64,000 nucleotides of DNA from a virus: the IMG/VR virus record IMGVR_UViG_3300028392_000036, positions 78,902 to 142,901 of that record, one strand, 5' to 3'. Positions within the stretch are counted from its first letter, which is position 1. Each line of letters begins with the position of its first letter. Made by a program: the position numbers and the translations under genes. The notes below the pieces were generated by a model that was not told where the DNA came from, ran no database searches, and saw only the letters and a program-made list of their open reading frames with translations. This document shows, piece after piece, positions 36,445 through 46,788 of this stretch.

Positions 36445-36802
36445 TCTCAACGGTCGTAAAAAAGGCAAGGTCAAGTTTCGTAATGCAGACGAGGCTCGCA
36501 AGGCACGTGAATTAGATACCTCGTGGAAAGAATTAAAAAAGAAGTGGGACGTGGATGCTGAAGAAAAGCGTCGTAATCGTGCCTTGAAGGCCGAACCGCT
36601 TGATTATAAACTGACCACTCCTGCTGGTCGTAGCACCGCGCATATACCCAGTCTGTCAACTCCTGGTGGATCTACAGCACCTGTTTACAAAGTTTATACA
36701 GGTACCAAGGTCAAAGGTATTGCTACCATGCACAAGTCAAATGCTGTGCCTGTGTTCTCAAACGAAGAGGCTGTGGAGATTTCCAGAATGCGACGTGGAT
36801 GA
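36413..36802 (+). CDS. Conserved T4-like phage protein
   Basis: YTGTKVKGIATMHKSNAVPV. Confidence 0.8.
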   Translation: MSMHLHHPSLSLNGRKKGKVKFRNADEARKARELDTSWKELKKKWDVDAEEKRRNRALKAEPLDYKLTTPAGRSTAHIPSLSTPGGSTAPVYKVYTGTKVKGIATMHKSNAVPVFSNEEAVEISRMRRG

Positions 36803-37059
36803 AAGATCTGTATTCCACACCCGAAGCCAGACTGGACACTATACTGGGCGAGGTTAGTTTCTGGGCACAGATGCAACGATGCAGACTATCTGAAGAGGGT
36901 GAGAAGAATTGTCGCACAGGCGCAGACACAATCACATGGTTTAGAGACACTTGGGGCATACAACTGTTACCCTCAGATGATACCATATTTGGATTTCAGC
37001 GTGGAGTCAACATTGTGGATGAGCAAAAGTACATGATATTTTTATTGAAGTGGTCATGA
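36799..37059 (+). CDS. Small protein, ...F-L-L-K-W paralogue family
   Basis: IVDEQKYMIFLLKW. Confidence 0.7.
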   Translation: MKDLYSTPEARLDTILGEVSFWAQMQRCRLSEEGEKNCRTGADTITWFRDTWGIQLLPSDDTIFGFQRGVNIVDEQKYMIFLLKWS

Positions 37060-37097
37060 TTAAAAAACGTTTATTAACCTATAAGGGAGATTTTGTA

Positions 37098-37481
37098 ATG
37101 GGTGGTATGTGGGAAAAAGATGAAGTGGTGCGCCTGCTCAAAGGCGTGCCGGGCACACAATATCAAGAAGCAGACGATCAAGTCAAAGAACAGATGCGTG
37201 AGTGGATCCGTGGTCTGTTACAGAACAGCGCAATCAATGTAACATTCACCAAAGCCGACGGAACCGATCGTGACATGCTGTGTACTCTAGATCACAGTAG
37301 GATTCCGGTTAGCATAGCAAAACCAGTGCAGTCAGTAGATGGTATTGTGCGTGAAAGTCGGAAGCCTCGCAAAGAACCTGACCCACATAGTATTCGGGTG
37401 TTTGATTTGCAAAAACAAGAGTGGCGCAGTTTCCGTTTTGACAGACTCCGAAAGGTCACAGCCACCTTGGATTTCCAATAA
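37098..37481 (+). CDS. WYL_2-like SH3 beta-barrel protein
   Basis: VTFTKADGTDRDMLCTL, VFDLQKQEWRSFR. Confidence 0.8.
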   Translation: MGGMWEKDEVVRLLKGVPGTQYQEADDQVKEQMREWIRGLLQNSAINVTFTKADGTDRDMLCTLDHSRIPVSIAKPVQSVDGIVRESRKPRKEPDPHSIRVFDLQKQEWRSFRFDRLRKVTATLDFQ

Positions 37482-37491
37482 GTAATACTCA

Positions 37492-37710
37492 ATGGCAAAA
37501 GAAGATATTATAAACATGGAGGGTCGAGTAGAAGAAGTACTACCAGCCGCCATGTTCCGGGTAAAAATAGACAACATCAACAACGTGGTACTAGCACACT
37601 TATCCGGGCGTATGCGCAAGAACAACATCAAAGTCCTCTTGGGAGATCGGGTAGAAATGGAATTTAGCCCATATGATCTTACCAAGGGACGTATTACTCG
37701 TCGCAAATAA
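37492..37710 (+). CDS. infA: Translation initiation factor IF-1
   Basis: [43 protein letters not shown]. Confidence 0.97.
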   Translation: MAKEDIINMEGRVEEVLPAAMFRVKIDNINNVVLAHLSGRMRKNNIKVLLGDRVEMEFSPYDLTKGRITRRK

Positions 37711-37717
37711 ATACAAG

Positions 37718-38266
37718 ATGGAATTACGCAACCACATCAATCTTGTAGAAGCAAGCACCCGTCCAGCAAAACTGGAAACTACCCCTCTCCCTTACGGTGT
37801 CAAAGACCTTGAGCCTGTGATGAGCAGAGCCACTATCGACTATCATTTTGAACACCTAGCCAAAGGCTATGCAAAGCGTTACAACGCAGGAGAAGGCAAT
37901 GCGGATTTTAATCGTGCTGGCAGTTTTCTACACAATAAATTTTTCCCTCAGCTTCGGGCTCCCAAGGGCGCAAACAAGCCCCGCGGTGCAGTACTCGCGC
38001 TGATAGAAGAAAACTTCAAGACTTGGGAAGATTTCAAGGAGCAGTTTAAAGAAACTGCAATGAAGATCCAGGGGTCTGGTTGGGTTTACTTGAGCACTGG
38101 TGGTACAATCAAAACAATCCCCAATCATCAAGTTCGCACTGATATCTGCTGTTTAGTAGACTGGTGGGAACACGCCTGGAGTTTAGACTACCAGTGGGAC
38201 AAAGAAAAATACCTAGACAATATCTGGAAGATTATTGACTGGGACGTTTGTAACGAAAGACTATAA
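37718..38266 (+). CDS. Fe/Mn superoxide dismutase with capsid-targeting-like leader
   Basis: LPY...LEP, IDYH, LHNKFF, QGSGW, DWWEHA; TAAATA-N4-ATG at 37718. Confidence 0.88.
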   Translation: MELRNHINLVEASTRPAKLETTPLPYGVKDLEPVMSRATIDYHFEHLAKGYAKRYNAGEGNADFNRAGSFLHNKFFPQLRAPKGANKPRGAVLALIEENFKTWEDFKEQFKETAMKIQGSGWVYLSTGGTIKTIPNHQVRTDICCLVDWWEHAWSLDYQWDKEKYLDNIWKIIDWDVCNERL

Positions 38267-38586
38267 TGATATTAGAAACTGGTGCTGTGGCTAAATTACG
38301 TGACCTAGTTGCTGAAGAGGGCAATCCTGGACTCATGTTACGAGTGTTTGTTCAAGGTGGAGGATGCTCAGGAATGAGCTATGGTTTCACATTTGAAGAA
38401 GTGCAAAACGAGGACGACTTTGACTTTGCGTATGAAGATGTACGGGTTGTAGTAGATAGCATGAGCATGCAATATCTACAAGGTGCCTCAATTGACTACA
38501 AAGAAGATTTGATGGGTGCCAGTTTTGTGATCAACAATCCACAGGCGCAAACCACTTGTGGTTGCGGAAGCAGTTTCTCAATTTAA
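38266..38586 (+). CDS. erpA: A-type Fe-S carrier (ErpA/IscA)
   Basis: [20 protein letters not shown]. Confidence 0.9.
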   Translation: MILETGAVAKLRDLVAEEGNPGLMLRVFVQGGGCSGMSYGFTFEEVQNEDDFDFAYEDVRVVVDSMSMQYLQGASIDYKEDLMGASFVINNPQAQTTCGCGSSFSI

Positions 38587-39686
38587 CTGTAGTAAGCGAT
38601 TGTAAAGTCTCTCCAACTACCGCTTTGATAAACCTGCGGTAAATTACTAGTAGTATTGTAAACCATATCCCCATTGCTTGGAGACAACGCATCAATTTGA
38701 GATTGTGTTAAGTTAGGCAATCTAAATGCACTAGTAGTTCCGGTGCTAATCACAGTGTTAGCAATCACCACATCAGCAATAATAGTGTTAGATGTAGTAA
38801 TATTACCAGTAGCAGATATACTGCCAGTGGACGAAATATTGCCACCACTCACATTACCAGTTGTTGAAACAGGACTACCAGCAGGAATAGTTACATTACC
38901 AACAAAGTTTGCCCCGTAAACATTACCAATTGCACTTACTGTTCCACTGGTTAAAAGATTGCCCCCGGTGATATTGCCGGTGGTGCTCATTGCGCCACCT
39001 GCTGGTGGGATCACATTGCCAACAAAGTTTGCACCATATACATTGCCACCTGCGGACAATATTCCTGTGGTTACTACATTACCAACAACATTACCAACAA
39101 TATTACCAACAACATTACCAACAAAGTTTATGCCGGTGATGTTGCCACCTGCTGATATTGTGCCGACACTGGTAATATTACCTCCTGTAATATTACCCCC
39201 TGACGTGACCGATCCACCAGCACTTACTATACCAGCTGTGAGTAAATTACCGCCGGTGATGTTGCCAACTGAAACAATTGAATTGGAACCTCCCAGTTGA
39301 TTTAGAACAAATGCTGTGGTAGCAATTTGAGTTGTAGAAGTGCCATTTGCGGCAGTGGGTGCTGTGGGTGTACCAGTAAATGCAGGACTGGCTTTTTGTG
39401 CCTGAACATAATCTTGACTGGCCAATGCTGACCAGGCATTGGCGCTGTTGTATGCAGAAAGAACGTCTGTGGAACTGTTGTACCAAAGTTGTCCTAGAAT
39501 TGGTTGCAATGGTGCAGTTGAGTTGGCAAAATTTTCCAACAAATACACGTAGTTTTCGTTTTCGTAGGTACCGTAATCTGTTACTGCCCGGCCTACTAGG
39601 GCCAAGTCTGTGGCGGTGGTGTTAACAGTACCGTCTGCAACGATTGCAATTACATTTCCACGGCTGTTGTTGATAATATATGACAT
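38583..39686 (-). CDS. Tail-fibre/baseplate-associated structural protein
   Basis: [11 protein letters not shown]...[24 protein letters not shown] repeats. Confidence 0.8.
   Translation of the reverse strand: MSYIINNSRGNVIAIVADGTVNTTATDLALVGRAVTDYGTYENENYVYLLENFANSTAPLQPILGQLWYNSSTDVLSAYNSANAWSALASQDYVQAQKASPAFTGTPTAPTAANGTSTTQIATTAFVLNQLGGSNSIVSVGNITGGNLLTAGIVSAGGSVTSGGNITGGNITSVGTISAGGNITGINFVGNVVGNIVGNVVGNVVTTGILSAGGNVYGANFVGNVIPPAGGAMSTTGNITGGNLLTSGTVSAIGNVYGANFVGNVTIPAGSPVSTTGNVSGGNISSTGSISATGNITTSNTIIADVVIANTVISTGTTSAFRLPNLTQSQIDALSPSNGDMVYNTTSNLPQVYQSGSWRDFTIAYYS
39076..39124. repeat. 12-nt tandem repeat (VGNV/I)
   Basis: ACATTACCAACA-like unit x4. Confidence 0.8.
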
Positions 39687-39777
39687 TGATAGCTCCGAAT
39701 GCTTGTATTTAGCGATAGATTGGGTTCGCAAGCCTGTGTACAAAGTTTGGTAAATACAGCACTAGGACTGCAAATTT

Positions 39778-40056
39778 ATGACACAGCAAATAATCAATGT
39801 AGGAAACGTGGCCAACGATGGACAAGGTACTCCGCTACGCACAGCGTTTCAGTATATAAACAGCAACTTTACTGAACTTTATAATAGTGTATCCACACCA
39901 ACAGCATTAGCCAATTTAACTGCTGTAGCAGGTGCTCGTGCATTTGTTAACAATGGTAATTTAGTAGCAACAGGTAATTTTGGAGCTCAAATTGGCAGTG
40001 GTGGTTCAAATGTTGTACCTGTGTGGAGCAACGGCACCAACTGGTACGTGGGATAA
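39778..40056 (+). CDS. Short baseplate protein with gp9/gp10-like N-terminus
   Basis: QQIINVG..ANDGQGTPLRTAF..INSNF.ELY. Confidence 0.7.
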   Translation: MTQQIINVGNVANDGQGTPLRTAFQYINSNFTELYNSVSTPTALANLTAVAGARAFVNNGNLVATGNFGAQIGSGGSNVVPVWSNGTNWYVG

Positions 40057-40059
40057 TCG

Positions 40060-43000
40060 ATGAGTCAACCAGTTTGGATTACCCCTGTAGGTAGTTTGGG
40101 AACCATACCCGAAGGTATATTTTATCAAAATACACTGTTGGTAGTTGCGGGCGCACTGCCCAACACCCCTACCTGTACGGCTACCACAGCAGGCACCAAC
40201 ATCATCACCTGTACCAGTACTGAAGGGCTGTATCCAGACCTCAATGTTGTGTTTAGCGGCAATGTATTTGGTGGTGTTGATCCTGCCATAAGATATTTTG
40301 TATTAGATGTGATCAGCGACACAGAGTTTAGAATCACCGACACAGAGTTTAGTGCTATTCCTGTTGCATTAACAACTGACACTGGCACAATGACCGCAGA
40401 ATTCAGACAGCACGTTTACTACACCCTGATTGCTGGTAATTTACCACCGGGTATCCAAGTTTCAGACAATGGATTGATTGTGGGTGTTCCTAGTGCATTG
40501 GCAAGTATACAAGGCGTACCGTTTGATGTCAATAGAGATGTAACCAGCAAATTTACCATTAGAGCGTACACACAAACTGCCACTGGCACAGTTGATCGCA
40601 TTAGAGATCGAACATTCACACTCACTGTAATCAACACCAATGCGCCAGTGTTTACTTCCCCCGGTGACCTTGGAACATATTATGATGGTGACAGATTAGA
40701 TATTCAACTTGGCATTACCAACGTTGGACCAAACAATCCTGCTGTGGTCAGTTTGATAGGCGGTCAATTGCCAGGTGGAGTTTATCTTAGTCCCACAGGA
40801 TTAATATCGGGCTACATTCAACCGTTTGCCAACGTCGATCGACCGCCCGGTTACGATCTCACTCCCGAAGATGTATATCCGTATGACTTTGTTACCAGTG
40901 CTATAAACAAAAACTATCAGTTTACTCTGCAAGTTACAGATGGCACCTCAACTGATATAAAAACATTTAGCTTTTTTGTATATGACCGTTCTACACTCAA
41001 TGCCAGTACCACACAAATCACAGCAGACAATAGTGTGATCACAGCCGACGAAGGTGAAGAACGCAAACCGTTTATTGTAAATTCATTACCATCAAACTTG
41101 GGTACTGTGCGTAGTGACAACTACTATGCACATCAGTTTATTGCCAATGACTACGACACTCCTGATCTCAAATTTGCCATCAGTGTGAACGTGGGATCAG
41201 GACTTCCTCCGGGACTAGGAATTGATCCCAATTCAGGTTGGTACTATGGTTATATCCCCGATCAAGGTGTGACTGAAGTTGAATACAGTTTCAATATTGT
41301 TACCTACCAGGCTGACTTTGTAGGAACACCGATTACTTGTACCGCTACTGCATTCAATACCAATATTATTACCTGCGATAGCACATCACAGATCAATCCA
41401 GGGCAACCGATTGTGTTCACTGGCACCAGCTTTGGAGGTATCACTGCTTCACCAACGCAGGTGTATTATGTTCTCTCAGTAGAAAGCGACACAGAGTTTA
41501 CTATAACCAACAACCTTGGTAGCAATAGTGCGGTAACATTAACAACATCAACTGGTTCCTTGGCAGCCAACTTGATCGTTGCAAGTAGCCCATATCCATT
41601 TACGCTAACAGTTAATGGGGCCGTCAATGCCGAAGTAATTTGGTCTACACCTGCTGATCTCGGGTACATCGAAAACGGTGCCACAAGTATGTTGGTAATA
41701 CAGGCAGAGAACACAGGAGGCCGTGCTCTAAAGTATCGTCTCAAGCCAGGGGCCGGTCCTGCACAATTACCATATCCCTATGTGCCTGGAGTATACAATC
41801 TACTACCACAAGGGCTGAAATTATTAGACTCTGGAGAAATATCTGGGCGAGTAACCTTTAATACCTTTGCCATTGACCTAGGGTCAACAACATTTGATGC
41901 CACGCAATCTGTAGTAAGAAATATTTCTATTCAAGAAACCACATTTGATAGTACTTTTACATTTACCGTGAATGCCTACGCAGAAGATTCTCAACAGGTA
42001 CTTTACAAAGTAAATTCAGTTGAGGTGCTTGATGGCGGATCAGGATACAGTGCAGTAACCACTCCAGTGTTGACATTTAACACACCAATAGGAGCAACAG
42101 CAATTCAGGCACAAGCAGGCACTGTCACTGTGAGTGGTGGTAAGATAACTGCTGTAGCAGTCGAAAATGGTGGTAATGGATACACTAGTCCTGCTATCTT
42201 GACAGTCACTGAAGGGTTCGGCGGATCAGGGGCAGTACTACAATCCATAATGAAACCTACCGGTACCCGAGACGTTGTGAGTGTGGACAAAACATTTACC
42301 GTACAGGTTCGACGTGTTTACAACAAGCCTTATCAGAACCTGTTGATTGAAGCCATGCCACCGGCTAATGATCGTGCCACAATAACAGAGTTGTTGAACA
42401 ACCAAGAAATCTTTGTGCCAGATTATATCTACAGAATAGATGATCCATACTTTGGCAAGAGTGAACGAGTGATATACCAACACGCATTTGGTCTTGCCCC
42501 CGATACGTTAGAAACTTATGTACTCAGTTTGTATGAAAATCACTACTGGAAAAATCTTGTGTTGGGCGAAATTGATACTGCTCAGGCTATAGATCCTATC
42601 ACAGGCGAAGTGGTATATGAAGTTGTATACAGCAAAATCATAGATGACCTTGTGAATGCATCGGGGGTCAGCGTGAGCAAGATTGTAAATCTTCCTTATT
42701 CCATCACGGATCCAGGTGATGGCAGCACACAACTCACACAGGTGTATCCTAATAGCCTAGTTGACATGAGAGATCAAGTGATTGACGTGGTTGGACAAAT
42801 ATCAACCAAACTTCCACTGTGGATGACTTCAAAACAAACCAATGGAAGAGTGTTAGGCTTTACTCCAGCCTGGGTCATGTGTTACACCAAACCTGGAAGA
42901 AGCCGACAAATTGCTTACTATGTACAAACACAATTCCAAGGACAATTAAACACAGTAGACTTCAAGGTTGATCGATATATTCTAGATCATACACTAAGTC

Positions 43001-44226
43001 GTAACTGGGATACTGTAACTCAAAACTGGACACCAAAACCTAGTTTGACCACATTTGATAGATACGGATCAGGATTACTTCCATTCATTGGATATGTTGA
43101 TATAGCCACACGTTTGGCCTACTCTGATGTTAATCAACAGACATTGGATTATATTACTAGCCTTGGCGGACTTGATGGAATACTATCTAACATCAACGGA
43201 AACACTTTAATCTTTACCAAGCAGGAATACTACACTGACTACGCCACTGCCGATGATGCTTGGCAAGACTATACTACTCTTTATGACGGTGGATTATATG
43301 ATCAAGGTGATGCAACAGATCCATCTGCACCGCCACCACAAAATATCGACTACCCTGTTGAGTCATTTGACGACAGTTATACTATTCCAGGTGGATACAC
43401 TTATGACTGTACTAACACTTATACCAGCACTGATTATATCAAAGCTTCAACTACTGCGGGTATGCAGGTAAATGATCCTGTGTGGTTTACTGGTAGCACC
43501 TTTGGTGGAATACTTACTACCAATGCCGCTAATGGACTGACTCAAATATACTATATTACCGAAGTGGTCAAAACTACTTGTACTATTACTGCGGCAGGAA
43601 CAAACTTAATAACTTGTGCTAGTGCCACATATTTAAATACCAATGATGTGGTGTGGTTTACCGGTACTACATTTGGAGGTGTAGAAGCATTGACCGCAAG
43701 CAACACTATTCAACAATATTACGTGACCAAAATATCATCTACAACATTCAAGATTTCACTAACACAAGGTGGAGGATTTGTTACTTTATCAAATGCAACA
43801 GGATCAATGAATGTAAACACGTCATACTTTACTGTAAGCGAAACACAAGGTGGTACTAATACCACCTTGACCACAGCATCGGGTGGTATGCTTGTGAACT
43901 TTGGCAACACAAGAATGGCCGTCTACACCATATCGGTGGACCCTGTGACTACACTTGTGACTCTTACTCCCACAACACTTACTGCACAAACCCAATATGT
44001 ACAAATCACTCGCGGACGCAGATATAAAGGCGCTCAATTGTATTACCCGACAAGCCCGGCACAAGGATATACATTGATCAACTGGCTCCCAGTACCAGAA
44101 TCTAGCTCAAGTGAAACCACATTTGACGCGGCAAGCATGGCGTTTGAACAACCAGTTGATATGTACGATCCCACCGATCGGGATGATAAATATCTGGTAT
44201 TTCCCAAAGCCAATATATTGGTATAA
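40060..44226 (+). CDS. Large baseplate/tail structural protein with Ig-like domains
   Basis: 1388 aa; repeated GxLPxGL...G.I.G motifs, GSGY modules. Confidence 0.75.
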   Translation: MSQPVWITPVGSLGTIPEGIFYQNTLLVVAGALPNTPTCTATTAGTNIITCTSTEGLYPDLNVVFSGNVFGGVDPAIRYFVLDVISDTEFRITDTEFSAIPVALTTDTGTMTAEFRQHVYYTLIAGNLPPGIQVSDNGLIVGVPSALASIQGVPFDVNRDVTSKFTIRAYTQTATGTVDRIRDRTFTLTVINTNAPVFTSPGDLGTYYDGDRLDIQLGITNVGPNNPAVVSLIGGQLPGGVYLSPTGLISGYIQPFANVDRPPGYDLTPEDVYPYDFVTSAINKNYQFTLQVTDGTSTDIKTFSFFVYDRSTLNASTTQITADNSVITADEGEERKPFIVNSLPSNLGTVRSDNYYAHQFIANDYDTPDLKFAISVNVGSGLPPGLGIDPNSGWYYGYIPDQGVTEVEYSFNIVTYQADFVGTPITCTATAFNTNIITCDSTSQINPGQPIVFTGTSFGGITASPTQVYYVLSVESDTEFTITNNLGSNSAVTLTTSTGSLAANLIVASSPYPFTLTVNGAVNAEVIWSTPADLGYIENGATSMLVIQAENTGGRALKYRLKPGAGPAQLPYPYVPGVYNLLPQGLKLLDSGEISGRVTFNTFAIDLGSTTFDATQSVVRNISIQETTFDSTFTFTVNAYAEDSQQVLYKVNSVEVLDGGSGYSAVTTPVLTFNTPIGATAIQAQAGTVTVSGGKITAVAVENGGNGYTSPAILTVTEGFGGSGAVLQSIMKPTGTRDVVSVDKTFTVQVRRVYNKPYQNLLIEAMPPANDRATITELLNNQEIFVPDYIYRIDDPYFGKSERVIYQHAFGLAPDTLETYVLSLYENHYWKNLVLGEIDTAQAIDPITGEVVYEVVYSKIIDDLVNASGVSVSKIVNLPYSITDPGDGSTQLTQVYPNSLVDMRDQVIDVVGQISTKLPLWMTSKQTNGRVLGFTPAWVMCYTKPGRSRQIAYYVQTQFQGQLNTVDFKVDRYILDHTLSRNWDTVTQNWTPKPSLTTFDRYGSGLLPFIGYVDIATRLAYSDVNQQTLDYITSLGGLDGILSNINGNTLIFTKQEYYTDYATADDAWQDYTTLYDGGLYDQGDATDPSAPPPQNIDYPVESFDDSYTIPGGYTYDCTNTYTSTDYIKASTTAGMQVNDPVWFTGSTFGGILTTNAANGLTQIYYITEVVKTTCTITAAGTNLITCASATYLNTNDVVWFTGTTFGGVEALTASNTIQQYYVTKISSTTFKISLTQGGGFVTLSNATGSMNVNTSYFTVSETQGGTNTTLTTASGGMLVNFGNTRMAVYTISVDPVTTLVTLTPTTLTAQTQYVQITRGRRYKGAQLYYPTSPAQGYTLINWLPVPESSSSETTFDAASMAFEQPVDMYDPTDRDDKYLVFPKANILV

Positions 44227-44241
44227 CTAGGACAAAAAAGA

Positions 44242-45153
44242 ATGGCAAGTCAAATTAACCCAAACGACATCGACGGAGCATATCCGGTTGCTGGACAAGA
44301 CAATAACTCACAAGGTTTTCGTGATAATTTCACCAACACCAAAACAAATTTTACTTTTGCGGCAAACGAAATTACCGACTTGCAAAATAACGCAGTATTA
44401 AAGTCTGCACTAAACGGAACCACGCTGGACAACAACATGGGTGGAAGTTTGCTATATGATGCTACTATACAGGACTTTGGGGCCACACGAGTAGCATTAG
44501 GCTCAGTATCTGGATCAACTACCGTTAACTACGCTTCTGGACATTATCAAACGCTCACAACTGGTGGCAATGTAACGTTGACATTCAGCAACTTCCCTGC
44601 ATCGGGAATACAGGCCTGGGTAATTGTAAGAGTTACTGTGGCAAGTGTTGCCCACATATTAACATTGTCTTCGGCAGTGGGCACAGGTGCTAGTTCTGCT
44701 TCAGTTTTGGGTATTCAAGGTATCAGCAGTAATGTTATTACCTTTAACGAAACAGGCACATACGAATTCCAGTTCCATACAGAAGACGGTGGAACCACAA
44801 TCTATCTTAGCGAACTAACTCGTCCAAGAAACAGATTTACTAATCCATTGCTTTTAACCGGAAGTGAAGACCTGGCTGCCAGTGGCGCCGCTAGTCTTGC
44901 ACTTACAACCAGCTACTTCACAACCGCCGCCGCAGAAACAGCCACCTTGGCTGCAGGCACAACCGGACAAATCAAGGTGTTCAGTGCCGTAAGTATTGCC
45001 GCAGGCAACATGGTCATCACAGTGACCAATGCTGGATGGAAGAGTTCAGGTACAGGCACTATTACGTTTGGTACAATCGGTGCAGGTTGTACTTTACAGT
45101 ACACCAACAGCAAATGGTTCTGCATTGGCAACAACGGTTGCACCTTCGGCTAA
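44242..45153 (+). CDS. Baseplate/tail structural protein
   Basis: YPVAGQDNNSQGFRDNF; beta-rich C-terminus. Confidence 0.7.
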   Translation: MASQINPNDIDGAYPVAGQDNNSQGFRDNFTNTKTNFTFAANEITDLQNNAVLKSALNGTTLDNNMGGSLLYDATIQDFGATRVALGSVSGSTTVNYASGHYQTLTTGGNVTLTFSNFPASGIQAWVIVRVTVASVAHILTLSSAVGTGASSASVLGIQGISSNVITFNETGTYEFQFHTEDGGTTIYLSELTRPRNRFTNPLLLTGSEDLAASGAASLALTTSYFTTAAAETATLAAGTTGQIKVFSAVSIAAGNMVITVTNAGWKSSGTGTITFGTIGAGCTLQYTNSKWFCIGNNGCTFG

Positions 45154-45160
45154 CAAACAC

Positions 45161-45189
45161 TTGACAACCCAGTTGTTCTAGTGTAAACT
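45161..45189 (+). promoter_or_regulatory. Sigma70-type promoter, leaderless
   Basis: TTGACA-N17-TAAACT-N6-ATG. Confidence 0.75.
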
Positions 45190-45195
45190 AACAAC

Positions 45196-45438
45196 ATGGA
45201 ACATCCTTTAATCGGCGACATAAATGACTTGACCATTGATGAACTCAGTGCCCGGGTCAGCGAACTTTCCAACAAACTCAATATAGCCGCAGGAACGGGT
45301 AATGCCCATTTATGCGATCAAATTAGAATGGCTCTGGAAACTTTTCGAAACAAGTACCAAGATAAATTAAGAGATTCTTACAAGAAACAAGAAGAAATCA
45401 ACCACATCAACTTTGACGACAAAATCAATATCAAATGA
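45196..45438 (+). CDS. Helical hypothetical protein
   Basis: MEHPL start; ATGA-coupled to next gene. Confidence 0.75.
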   Translation: MEHPLIGDINDLTIDELSARVSELSNKLNIAAGTGNAHLCDQIRMALETFRNKYQDKLRDSYKKQEEINHINFDDKINIK

Positions 45439-46034
45439 ACGTTAGACTACAATACGATTTAGAATTTCTTGCAGGTGTCTACTACGAAGATCAACTGCAA
45501 ATGAACAGTTACACAGTGAGCCTCAACTTGCTGACCAAGACCAAAGATTCTGCCAGCACCAATATTGCCCTGGATCGAGCCAAGGCATTTGTGCATGGTG
45601 CATTAGAAAGTTCGGTCTTTATAAATCAAGATAATATGGAACGTGCCGAGTTCATGCAAATGATAGGCATCAATGTTACCACGTTGCCTGAAGAACCAGT
45701 TGACCAAATCATTGGAATGATGTTATACTACAAACTTAATGCTGTGATGGAAGGGCGCATGATTGTAACTGGATTAGATATTTCTAGCACACTAGGTGAC
45801 TCAGTTTGGTATCAACACGACGAGGATGATGCGGCTGGACCGTTTACTGCCGATGGTTGGTGGAACCGCGCCAGTATGCAACACGAAACAATAGAGCGCG
45901 ATCCTGAACCGGGCAATATTGTCAAAGTAATGTCAACAGGTTGGTATGAATTGAATCTAGAGTGGCCCGAGAACACCGCAACAGTCAGTGACAACACGGT
46001 AGTATTTGCAAACTTTCCAAAAAATGAGAAGTAA
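45435..46034 (+). CDS. Conserved hypothetical protein
   Basis: LPEEPVDQIIG...KLNA; coupled to the DnaE fragment. Confidence 0.75.
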   Translation: MNVRLQYDLEFLAGVYYEDQLQMNSYTVSLNLLTKTKDSASTNIALDRAKAFVHGALESSVFINQDNMERAEFMQMIGINVTTLPEEPVDQIIGMMLYYKLNAVMEGRMIVTGLDISSTLGDSVWYQHDEDDAAGPFTADGWWNRASMQHETIERDPEPGNIVKVMSTGWYELNLEWPENTATVSDNTVVFANFPKNEK

Positions 46035-46542
46035 CCAGTACGGAGAAATAGTACTTGACGAAACTGATCTTTGTGATTTAATCATGCAAGGTCGCGATCT
46101 CTCACAAATGAAATGTGTAGTTGATTCAAATGTAGATATAGAATCAGCAATTCAGTTGTTGGAAGATCCAGGACAATTAGTGTTATGGACATTCCCATAC
46201 AACAGCGATATTAGTGTGCCTGACTGGGATCACATACAACAACGCAACTGGCACATGCCCGATGAATACAAACAACTGGATGTGGCTGAACACGTGGTTG
46301 GGTTATGTGACACACCCGAAAAACTGCAACGTGTGGGGCACGAATTATTATTGTATCAAGAGCGTGGTCTGTTTGATTTACTGCGTTACTTGAAGTATCT
46401 AGTGGATGTCATGCGAGACAATCATGTGATTTGGGGTGTAGGCCGTGGATCTAGTGTGGCCAGTTATGTGCTATACCTGTTGGGTGTACACAGAATAGAT
46501 TCGATGTATTACGATTTAGACGCAGAAGAGTTTTTGCGTTAA
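46024..46542 (+). CDS. DNA polymerase III alpha (DnaE) fragment
   Basis: RV..EL, WGVGRGSSVASYVLYLLGVHRID...EFLR; lacks the PDxD catalytic motif. Confidence 0.85.
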   Translation: MRSNQYGEIVLDETDLCDLIMQGRDLSQMKCVVDSNVDIESAIQLLEDPGQLVLWTFPYNSDISVPDWDHIQQRNWHMPDEYKQLDVAEHVVGLCDTPEKLQRVGHELLLYQERGLFDLLRYLKYLVDVMRDNHVIWGVGRGSSVASYVLYLLGVHRIDSMYYDLDAEEFLR

Positions 46543-46563
46543 ATATTATTTTAGGAGATAGCA

Positions 46564-46788
46564 ATGACAAATGAAGTATATAAATCAGCTGGTGGTAAAA
46601 CTGTAGATATGGGTGCATTACGTTTACAAAACGAAAAAGTTCGTGCTGTGGGCAATATGCGTGTGAACGCTCGCGGTGATGAAATCAACGACAACAACGA
46701 AGTAATTCGCACAAGAAACGAGCAAGTTAACAAACAGTACAAGGCACAAACTCGTATGCCACTTCCTAGCTCAAAGGATACACAATGA
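46564..46788 (+). CDS. Conserved phage protein
   Basis: GKTVDM..L, AVGNMRVNARGD; TAAATA plus AGGAG. Confidence 0.8.
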   Translation: MTNEVYKSAGGKTVDMGALRLQNEKVRAVGNMRVNARGDEINDNNEVIRTRNEQVNKQYKAQTRMPLPSSKDTQ

